From Candidatus Saccharimonadota bacterium (GTDB taxonomy: Bacteria; Patescibacteriota; Gracilibacteria; Absconditabacterales; Absconditicoccaceae): a stretch of DNA of 32,000 bases. The position numbers and the translations under genes were made by a program. This document shows, in pieces, positions 1 through 8,900 of the stretch. The notes under the pieces are model-generated. The model was not told the DNA's origin. It did no database searches and saw nothing but the letters and a program-made list of their open reading frames with translations. Location of the stretch: assembly GCA_000503875.1 (NCBI GenBank), contig CP006913.1, positions 630,001-662,000 on the forward strand, read 5' to 3'. Within the stretch, counting starts at the first letter, position 1, and every line of letters starts with the position of its first letter.

Positions 1-913
1 TATCATCATACGCTCATGCTCTCAAATGTCTAACTAATCTCAACTTCATTACAAAATGATCCACAAGTTCTTGAGCCAATTCTTCTGTAAGTAAACCAGA
101 TTTTAAATCTTGTTCTATATAGATATCCAAAAATGAAGAAGCATTTCAAAGTGACATTGCAGCACCATCTTGTTCTTTTATAGCCGCCAAATATGCGAAA
201 TATACAAATTGTACAGCTTCTTGGGCTGTTTTTGCTGGTTTAGAAACATCTATTCCATACATTTGAGCCATAACTTTAATATCTTCCAATGATTGAATTT
301 GCATTGCTACTTCTTCTCTAAGTCTAACTTTTTCATCAGTCATATCACCTTCAATAGCAGCCTTATCTTCTTTTTTTGCTGCGATAAGATAATCAGCACC
401 ATACAATGCCAATCTTCTATAATCTCCAATAATTCTACCTCTCGCGTAATTATCAGGCAACCCAGTTACTACATGATAGGAACGATATTTTCTAACTTCT
501 GCATCATAAGCAGCAAAAACTGCGTCATTGTGACTTTTTGCATAATGAAAAATTTCTGTGATTTTTGGATCAACTTCCAAACCTTTTTCTTTCACTGCAT
601 TTTCTACAACTCTATATCATCCAAAAGGTTTCATTGATCTCTTTAAAGGTTCATCAGTTTGTAAACCAACAACAGTTTCAAGGTCTTTTTGAATGTATCC
701 AGCCTTGTGACTAGTTACAGAAGAAACCGTATGGGTATCTACACTTCTACATCCATTATTATCTCTTTCTTCTTTTAAAAGTTTTTTACATACTTCCCAA
801 AGTTGTTTAGTTTTTTCTGTTGGTCATTGCAAAAAAGACGCATCACCTTCATAAGAAGTAATATTGTCAGTCACAAATTTCCTAACATCAATAGGATAGG
901 TTAGTTCCGCCAT
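1..913 (-). CDS. pflB: Pyruvate formate-lyase (formate C-acetyltransferase), N-terminal ~304 codons; the 3' end lies beyond the left window edge
   Basis: The reverse-strand frame is open from the ATG (complement of 911-913) to the edge if TGA is sense. The translation [13 protein letters not shown]...GDASFLQ[TGA]PTEKT...KPFG[TGA][17 protein letters not shown]...[11 protein letters not shown][TGA][17 protein letters not shown] is collinear with E. coli PflB ([43 protein letters not shown]). Three of the four in-frame TGAs (14-16, 146-148, 617-619, 824-826) sit on PflB glycines. Confidence 0.9.
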
Positions 914-953
914 ATGCTATATTTAAAATATAAAATTAAACGCACAGTTTGCG

Positions 954-981
954 AATATAGCAATCTACAAATAATTATCAA
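954..981 (-). promoter_or_regulatory. Candidate sigma70-type promoter for pflB
   Basis: On the reverse strand: TTGATA (981->976), a 16-nt spacer, then TATATT (959->954), about 40 nt upstream of the pflB ATG. The -35 overlaps a third copy of the ATCAAGGA half-site. Such motifs are common by chance in AT-rich DNA. Confidence 0.35.
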
Positions 982-1014
982 GGAAAAAAACAGAAAAAAA
1001 TCCAGAAAAAAATG

Positions 1015-1034
1015 TCCTTGATAAAAATCAAGGA
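1015..1034. promoter_or_regulatory. Perfect inverted repeat TCCTTGAT-AAAA-ATCAAGGA, whose core equals the Fnr-type box TTGAT-N4-ATCAA
   Basis: The arms are 8+8 bp and perfect (1015-1022 / 1027-1034). The core TTGAT (1018-1022), N4, ATCAA (1027-1031) lies about 110 nt upstream of the pflB start. A third ATCAAGGA copy is at 977-984, and three A7 tracts (984-990, 994-1000, 1006-1012) lie between. On the minus strand the hairpin is followed by CATTTTTTT, so it could also act as an intrinsic terminator. Confidence 0.5.
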
Positions 1035-1079
1035 ATCACTACTTAATAGAGAATAAAAGTTTATACAGAAAATAGCTCA

Positions 1080-1304
1080 ATGAATAGTTTTAAAAAAATA
1101 GAAGAAGCAGAAAAAACACTTAATGAAAAGCTCTTAAAAATCATAATATGATTTGCTTTTTTAGCAGATTCCAAAGATGATATTAGTAATTTTCTCAGAA
1201 ATCACGCAATTCAAATGTATAACCATTTATTAGAACAATACAAAAAAATGAAAGAATATTATATTTCTTTCAAAACTCGACACAAGGAATATACCAAAAA
1301 ATAG
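1080..1304 (+). CDS. Hypothetical small protein (74 aa, one in-frame TGA)
   Basis: The frame runs from ATG 1080 to TAG 1302-1304 with no TAA/TAG, which is unusual by chance at this A+T content. The translation MNSFKKIEEAEKTLNEKLLKIII[G]FAFLADSKDDISNFLRNHAIQMYNHLLEQYKKMKEYY... looks helical. I recognise no family and see no SD. Confidence 0.4.
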
Positions 1305-1313
1305 TATTAAATT

Positions 1314-2486
1314 TTAGATAATTTCTCTTCTCATTCCCTTCTCAAACCTAATCAAACATTCATAAGGAATTGTTTGACTCGCTTCTGCCAAAGACATAAG
1401 CGTGTTTTTGTTTTTTGGATTACAAGAAATAATTTCAATTTCATCTCCAATCTCCAAACGATCATCAGCCAAAAAACTACATAAATTCATACAAATTGTA
1501 CCTATTTGTTGAACAGATTTTTTTCCAATGGTAAATAATATTTTACTAGATGCCAGCCTAGAAAGCCCTTCTGCATAACCAAAAGGAATTGTCCCTACAA
1601 TTTCTCTATCTTGAAAACGATGGGTATGTCCATAGCTAACACCTTCTCCCGGCCAAACTTCATGTAAAGAAATAATTCTAGAAGTTATCGAAAGCGCCGG
1701 ACGAAGTTCTTTTCCTTTGGTATATAAAGGATCTTCCAAATTCAAAGGATTATATCCATACATAGCCAATCATGGTCTTCGTGCATTAAAGAAATCTTCC
1801 TTAATTTTAAATAAACCAGCACTATTACCAATATGTCTTCGAAGTGGAGCAAATCAATATTCCAAAATCTGATAATACATTTTTTTAAAAAGTTCTACTT
1901 GCTTTTCTACACTTGTTTTTTCGCCACCAATTTCTTTATCCAAATCGCTAATCAATTCTATTCCATCTGCACCATAAAGATGTGACATAACACCTTCAAC
2001 TTCAATATTTTTATATTGCTGACATATTTCCAAAAAATTAGTTAAAGTATCGTTATCAACGCCTTCCCTATTCATACCAGTGTTTATAAAAATATGAATA
2101 CGTACTCTTTTACCAAGTTTTCCAAGTGCTTCCAAAACTTGAATATTATATACAGCAAAAGTAGTTCTAGAAAAATCGAATTTTCTATAATTATCAGGCA
2201 ATGTTTCTCCTATAATCAAAATTTGTTTATTAGAATATTTTTTTACAATTTGATATTCTGGATAACTATCAACAACAACATAGGGAACATCTATTTTTGA
2301 CAAAATTTTTACCATTTGTTTGATTCCATGACCATAAGCATTAGATTTCAAAACAGGAAACAAAAAAGAGTTTGGTTGCAAAGATTGTAAATATTCAATA
2401 TTACGTAAAATATTTTTTTTGTGAATATGTATTATATTCATCGGATATAAACGGGGCGAGAAAAGATTCTTAATCCAAGAGAACAT
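1314..2486 (-). CDS. alr: Alanine racemase (390 aa)
   Basis: A 1173-nt frame joins track ORFs 1854..2486 and 1314..1769 across 2 in-frame TGAs. It carries the PLP-site motif VLKSNAYGHG and INTGMNREG. RP[TGA]LAMYGY matches the conserved RPGIALYG. The stop is TAA. Confidence 0.9.
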
Positions 2487-2696
2487 TTTTAAATTAATAA
2501 TGTAAAATTAACTATGATTTTATAATTTTTGACTAAATATTTGATAACCCGAGCAATAAAAAGAACAAACAAAAGAATTAATTACTTATACAAAAACATA
2601 GAAAATAGTCAAATGAAAGAAAGAAATAAAAAAGACTTGATTTTTTAAACTGGTTCTCTACAAGAATCTCTCGCCCACTAAAAAAACCTAAAAAGT

Positions 2697-2912
2697 ATGG
2701 ATCAAGAAACAAAAAAACTAAAAAAGATTTTGGGGATTCCAGGATGTTCATTAAACATCAGGACACAAATCTCTGAAGAAGAATCAAAAAAACGCATTGA
2801 GGAAATGCATGACGAATTGTTTAGTCCTTTTCGAATAACAGAAGGTAGTAGACATGGAAATCGTTCGTTTCCTATGGATATTTATGACCTCGATGATATT
2901 CAAAGATCATAA
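2697..2912 (+). CDS. Hypothetical small protein (71 aa)
   Basis: It has an ATG start and a TAA stop and is followed within 20 nt by a clean hairpin plus T-run terminator. I recognise no family (MDQETKKLKKILGIPGCSLNIRTQISEEESKKRIEEMHDELF...). Confidence 0.45.
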   Translation: MDQETKKLKKILGIPGCSLNIRTQISEEESKKRIEEMHDELFSPFRITEGSRHGNRSFPMDIYDLDDIQRS

Positions 2913-2924
2913 GTATTCTTTCCC

Positions 2925-2955
2925 AAAAAACCGACTGGAATTCCAGCGGTTTTTT
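2925..2955. terminator. Rho-independent terminator, bidirectional in form
   Basis: AAAAAA-CCGaCTGG-AATT-CCAGCGG-TTTTTT forms a 7-bp GC-rich stem with one bulge. It is flanked by an A-run (2925-2930) and a T-run (2950-2955). Confidence 0.7.
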
Positions 2956-2989
2956 CACAAAAACACAGAATAAATTAAAAATAAAAAGA

Positions 2990-3017
2990 TTGATTTTTAT
3001 ATCAATAATCATAGAAT
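2990..3017 (+). promoter_or_regulatory. Candidate sigma70-type promoter for clpC
   Basis: TTGATT (2990-2995), a 16-nt spacer, then TAGAAT (3012-3017), about 40 nt upstream of the clpC ATG. The -35 is embedded in the inverted repeat ATTGAT-N6-ATCAAT (2989-3006). Confidence 0.4.
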
Positions 3018-3058
3018 AAAACCTCTTCGATATTTTTACACTAAACAAAGAAAAATCA

Positions 3059-5638
3059 ATGATTAATAACCAAAAAATCTTAAGTAAAGAATCTACAACA
3101 AGCTTATTATACGCAAATACTTTTGCTTTACAAAAAAAACACAAATACATCAATGGGGATGACTTATTTTGATGAATATATCATCATATAAATAATTCAG
3201 AAAATGCTGAACTACTGTATATATTGCTTGGAATTCAAAACATAGATATTCATAAAATATTAGGTGAAAAAGAATATAAGAAATTTTCAACTATCCAAGA
3301 ACATAGTGATACGTACCTAATGTTTCCTAAAAAAATCTATACACAAATCAAACAATATGTAAACACAAAAGATAGAAAAATAACAATTATAGACTTATTA
3401 AATATCTCATTAGAAAATTTGTCTAGTGGATTTAAAAAACACCTTATTAGCAAAGGTATAACACCAAAGACATTAATTAAGAACTGCAAAATGATAGCAG
3501 AAAACCCTATCGTAATAGAACAATGACTATTTGCTTTTCTATGATTTTTGGATAAACTTTTCAAGAAATTACATTTATCTCCAAAAAATATTGAAATCAT
3601 GGATATCAAAAATTTTAGTGATATGGGACCAATTAATATGCTACTCGATGAAGTAGATAAAGAAATAATGGATAAAAACGAATCAAGCATAGGTGACAGT
3701 ACTACCAAAACAGCAAAAAAAGAAGAAAAAAAAATGACTATAGAATACTTTGGAACAGACCTTACTAAGGAAGTTAAAGATCATCTTATCGATCCTGTAA
3801 TAGGAAGAGCAAATGAAATCAACCAAATTATTTATACTCTTTTGAGAAAAAACAAAAACAATCCTCTCTTGATTGGAGAAGCTGGTGTAGGTAAAACTGC
3901 AGTAGTAGAAGGCCTTGCTCAAAAAATAGTTTCAGGAGATGTTCCTGAAAAATTAAAGAACAAGAAAATTTTTATGATTGATATGGGAACACTTGTTGCT
4001 GGTACCAAATATAGAGGAGAATTTGAATCAAGAATGAAAGCTATTTTGGAAGAAGCAACAGATCCATTAAATAACATCATCTTATTTATAGATGAAATTC
4101 ATACTATCATTGGAGCTGGTGGACAAGAAAACAACGATGCCGCTCAAATGATCAAACCACTCCTCTCTAGAGGGAAAATCAAACTTATTGGAGCAACAAC
4201 GTTCAATGAATTTCAAAAACATATTGAAAAAGACGCTGCACTCAAAAGAAGATTTCAAGAAGTTATTATCAATGAACCAAATAACCAAGACACGAAACAA
4301 ATTCTTTTAGGATTACAACAAACCTACGAAGATTTTCATGGTGTACATATCGAAGACAATTGTTTTGATTACGCTATCAATCTTAGCAAAAGATATATTC
4401 TCAACAAACATCTTCCCGATAAGGCATTAGACCTAATTGATGAAGCATGTGCAAAAAAATCAACAATGACGGGTAAATTAGAAAACGATGAAGAATATAA
4501 AAAACAAGAAACCGCTATTCAAGAAATTCAGAAAAAAATTGAAGTAGCCATCGAAAAACAAGATTATTTCGGTGCCGCTGCCTTCAAAGAACAAGAAGAA
4601 AATATCAAAAAAGAAATGTTAGTAATGAGAACACAAAAAAATGTACCAACACATCTTAGACCAACTATCCAAAAAGAAGATATTTGAGTAGTATTAGCTG
4701 AAAAATTAGGTATTCCATCAAATATTGTTAACGAATCTGAAATAGATAAGCTCAGAAGACTAGATGTTGTCCTCAAAAGCCATATCGTAGGACAAGATGA
4801 AGCAGTAGAATCTATTGTAAAAACACTTACAAGAAGCAGACTTTCTGTAGTACAAAAAACCAAACCTATGGGGTCGTTTTTATTCCTAGGGCCAAGCGGT
4901 GTCGGTAAAACGTTCTTAGCAAAACTTATTGCAAAAGAATATTTTGGTGATGAACAAGCACTAATCAGATTTGATATGTCAGAATTTATGGAAAAATATT
5001 CTGTTTCCAAACTTATTGGTTCTCCTGCAGGATATGTAGGATACGATGAAGGAGGAAATTTAACAGAAGCTATTAGGAGAAAACCATATTCAGTTATTCT
5101 TTTCGATGAAATAGAAAAAGCTTCTCCTGATGTCCTCAATATTCTGCTGCAAATCCTTGATGAAGGCCTCCTCAAAGATAGCAAAGGAAGAATTGTAGAT
5201 TTCAAGAGCACAATTATTATTATGACATCAAATATTGGATCTGAAGAATTTGGTAAGAAGCAAACAAAAATCTGATTTTCTGCCGGAGGTACAGTTACTG
5301 AAATCGACGAACAACATTTTCAAGATATCAAAACAAGAGTATTGGAAGAACTCAAAAATTATCTTTCACCAGAACTTATCAATAGAATTGATTACAAAAT
5401 AGTATTCAGACATCTTAGTAAACTCATGCTAACAAATATCATGAAAATAAAACTTAATGAATACCTTGCTGCTCGAAAAGATCAACCAGAAGTTAAAATA
5501 CCAAAATACACCAACAAAAATATCGAAGAAATGATAGATAAGATCTACGATCCTCAATACGGAGCAAGACCTATAGAAAGATATATTCAGGATGTTATTG
5601 AGCCAGAAATTATCAAACATATTCTACAAAAAAAGTAA
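3059..5638 (+). CDS. clpC: ATP-dependent Clp protease ATP-binding subunit, ClpC-like AAA+ chaperone (859 aa)
   Basis: One frame from ATG 3059 joins track ORFs 3224.., 3548.., 4868.. and 5342.. across 6 in-frame TGAs. The N-terminal Clp_N-like repeat reads DDLF[G][G]IYHH, matching HLLLGLL. Walker A motifs are GEAGVGKT and GPSGVGKT; Walker B motifs are ILFIDEIH and [10 protein letters not shown]. There is a short M-domain with the UVR-like [16 protein letters not shown]. The ClpP-docking loop K-I-[TGA]-F equals IGF. The stop is TAA. Confidence 0.9.
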
Positions 5639-5693
5639 AGACCTTGACAATTATCGACAACACATAATAATATGTCTAAAATGATTATATAAT

Positions 5694-5720
5694 AAACCCC
5701 ATAAAAGTGGGGTTTATTTT
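5694..5720 (+). terminator. Rho-independent terminator of clpC
   Basis: AAACCCCA (5694-5701), loop TAAAAG, TGGGGTTT (5708-5715) form a perfect 8-bp stem, followed by ATTTT. Confidence 0.75.
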
Positions 5721-5731
5721 ATGTTTAAATG

Positions 5732-5759
5732 TTGTTTTTTAAGGTAATTTTGATATACA
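5732..5759 (+). promoter_or_regulatory. Candidate promoter of the giant gene
   Basis: TTGTTT (5732-5737), a 16-nt spacer ending in TG-A, then TATACA (5754-5759), which resembles an extended -10. It lies between the clpC terminator and the giant-gene RBS. Weak; AT-rich background. Confidence 0.3.
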
Positions 5760-5785
5760 AAAGCTATCAATTTTTTAGCGAAACC

Positions 5786-5791
5786 AGGAGG
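5786..5791 (+). promoter_or_regulatory. Shine-Dalgarno AGGAGG for the giant gene
   Basis: A perfect AGGAGG sits 7 nt upstream of ATG 5799. That ATG is the first start codon after the in-frame TAA at 5745-5747. Confidence 0.6.
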
Positions 5792-5798
5792 CTTATTT

Positions 5799-5903
5799 AT
5801 GAGGCACGAAAACCGCATAAGATCTACTAAGATACTTCGTTGGGCGTTATGAATATTTTTATATTCATTGCCATTTTTTTTGTACATCGTTTTTACCAAA
5901 GAT
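5799..5903 (+). other. Signal-anchor or signal-peptide-like N-terminus of the giant protein
   Basis: The sequence MRHENRIRSTKILR is followed by WALGIFLYSLPFFLYIVF and then TKD. I see no obvious signal-peptidase or lipobox site. Confidence 0.55.
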
Positions 5904-8900
5904 AATTTTCTTCAAAAAATACAGGCTCAAGAAGAAAATATGCCTCAAAATTTAAGTCAAGAACTTCAAAATTGGGGTATGACTCCTCTTTTGCAAAATA
6001 CAGAAGAAACATCACCAACTAAAGAAACAGAAAAAATAGAAAATATTGAAACAACAAATAGTTCAATTTTTGATTTTTTTAAAAGATTAAATACCGCGCA
6101 AGAAAATTCTCAAAAAAAAGATAAAGAAAAAAATGACAAACAAGATCAAATAACTTGAGATAATCAAACAACTTGAGACAATCAAACAACTTGAGATAAT
6201 CAAAAAAATAAAAACGACGACATACCAAATAATATAGTAGAAGATACGTTAAACTATATTTCAGAAAAATACTATTGATCAGAAAACAACTACTTAGAAG
6301 AAGATCTTTGTTCTTACTGAGAAACAATAATCGTACATCTAACATGATGAACAAATCTTTTACCAGAATATTTATCTTGAAACACTATATACGTAGTAGG
6401 AACATGATCCTATATTTTTGATTATATGCTAAAAATAACCGAAAATTGTACAACTATTATCGGGTTTTCATGAGCAACAACATTTTATACAAAAGATCAA
6501 CAATGAGCAACAATCAAAATAAGTTCATGATCAAATAACATTATAGAAAATCTCTCATTAGAATGAACATTAGATTGAAAATGATGATCACATACAGGAA
6601 ATAACTATGGTATATATATATCTACTACAAAGAATATTATTCATAATATACAAAATTATGACCAAAGAAGGTTTGGTATTTATATGGATTTGTTTGATAA
6701 TAGAATAACAGATACTCATTACTACAAAACAGATCAAGAAATTACAGAACAAGCCACAGGAGACAATAAAGAAACCATAGAAAAACAAAAAGACACAACA
6801 CTAGAAAAAAATATTTTAACCATTCTCCAAGAAAAAGAAAAGAAAAAGAACGATATAGATATTAGACCAAAAGAAGAATTTTCAGCCACAAACGAACCTG
6901 TAAAAGTCAAAAAAGAAAAAGAAATAGCAGAATCAGAATTTTTATGGAAACGTTTTGATAAACAAGAAAACAATTACAAAGGAAAAACATCTCTAGATCT
7001 TTCTGAAAGCGAATGAAGCATTCCTGTTGCCGTAACATTAGAGTCTTTAGATGAGAAAATTAAAGTAGATATACCTGAAGGTACTATATTTAAGACAAAT
7101 GATGGAGAAATATATGATTGAATAATTATAGCACCACAAAAAGATACGCAACATTGATTTTCAATGTCTTGAGGAAAAATAAGAAGTGCAAATGCAATCA
7201 AAATAGGATCTTTAGAAGAATGATTACAATTAGAAAATACCAGTGGCGAATCAGTATATGCAACCGTAGAAATGCCAGTAGATGGGTACAAGTCTGGAGA
7301 TAATGTAAATGTTTATTCTTCAGAAGATGGCGAAAATCGAGAATCTCTTGGTGTTTTTGAAGTACAAGAATCATCATGAGTCAATATTGTACAAGTGCCA
7401 ACAGATCATTTTTCTATTTTTGCAATAGGAAATGTTGTTTGAAATTATTTTAATGGAAGTATAACACTTACTGGTGATGTTCCAGTACGTTTGTTTATAG
7501 GTGAAAGTATAGATTGGTGTGATGTAAACAAAAATTGAACTTTTAGTTTTGCTGACAACCGATATCAATCAGGCATTAGAAGTGTTATTTGTGAAACATC
7601 ACGAAGTTCTGCTTCAAATTTAACAATTTATTTTCGTGTAAGAATTTTTGATGATTGAATCATACCGGAACTTACGAATAAAGATATTCAATTAGTTATA
7701 GCTGGTAGGTATGAAACATGACTTACTAGTACATTTTATTACGATGGTACAGCTCCAATAAATTGATCTTTCAACATAAATAATAATGCTGCAACCACAA
7801 ATAGTACTTCTGTTACTTTGAACACAACATGTGCAACAGACGGTTGAGCTGGATGAGTACAAGTAGCCTTTGGAGAATCTGTAAGTCCATCAAACCGACA
7901 AACTTGTTCAGCAAGTATGGCTTATACATTATCAGCTGGAAATGCGACAAAAACTGTCTATATGAGCTTTAAAGATGCATTGGGGAATACAACAGCTAAT
8001 ATAACTGATACTATATTATTAAGTACAGATTCTACTCCACCAACAACAACAATTGATGCCCCTCCAGACTGAGCATTACAATCATTTCAAATTTTCTTAG
8101 AATTTACTGATTACGATAACATAGCATTATCAACATGTCATTATAATGTTTACAGTTACAATTTGGGTATTGTGGCTTGAGGAATTAGATATTGTAATAC
8201 ACAGCTTGAATTTCTTGATGAATTTCCTGAAGATGATTATGACATTGAGGCATGGTCAGTAGATACCTCAAATAACCAAAGTATCCATGCTCGAAGTAGA
8301 TTTCGTGTAGAATTAACACCACCTACGGGTACTATTTCCATCAATGCAGGAGCTGCTTATACAAACAATGCTGCTGTTACCCTAACATTATCAGCTTCCG
8401 ATGGTTATGGTATTAGTGCCATGATGTTTTCTTGTAATAATTATAACCGAACCAATATTGAAACTTATGCAACAAGCAAATCTTTTAATATGACAAATCA
8501 AGTCAATGCTTGATGTACTACCACTCAATGAACCAAAACTGTTTATGTAATGTACAGGGATAATGCTGGAAATCGATCTACCGCCATAAGTGATACTATT
8601 GTTTATGATACTATTGCTCCTACAAGTACTACTATTTCTATCAACGGAGGAGCTGCTTATACAAACAATGCTACTGTCACCCTAGGATTATCAGCTTCTG
8701 ATACTAATTGAATAACTCAAATGCAATTTTCTTGTAATAATTCTAATCGAACTACTGCCGAAACTTATGCAACAAATAAATCTTTTAATATAACAAATCA
8801 AACTAATGCTTGATGTACTACTACTCAATGAACTAAAACTGTTTATGTAAGATTTAAAGATATTGCTGAAAATCGATCTACTGTTATAAATGATACTATT

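Noticed and set aside
5644-5692. A consensus TTGACA (5644-5649), an 18-nt spacer and TAATAT, plus a 6-codon mini-ORF (ATG TCT AAA ATG ATT ATA TAA) just before the hairpin at 5694-5715. This could be a leader-peptide attenuator for the giant gene.
   Set aside because: The mini-ORF ATG (5672) overlaps the putative -10, so it would lie upstream of the predicted transcription start. The hairpin is most simply the clpC terminator. This remains a low-probability idea that RNA 5'-end data could revive.
5714-5899. Track ORF on the minus strand (61 aa) between clpC and the giant gene.
   Set aside because: It overlaps the clpC terminator hairpin, the AGGAGG RBS and the signal-anchor codons of the giant gene. 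The plus-strand interpretation explains all of these features.
5868-5942. Alternative starts for the giant gene: TTG 5868 (used by the track) or ATG 5940.
   Set aside because: The frame is already open from 5748. ATG 5799 is the first start codon, has a perfect SD at the right spacing, and adds the basic n-region that completes a signal-anchor. The later starts would truncate or remove the hydrophobic segment.
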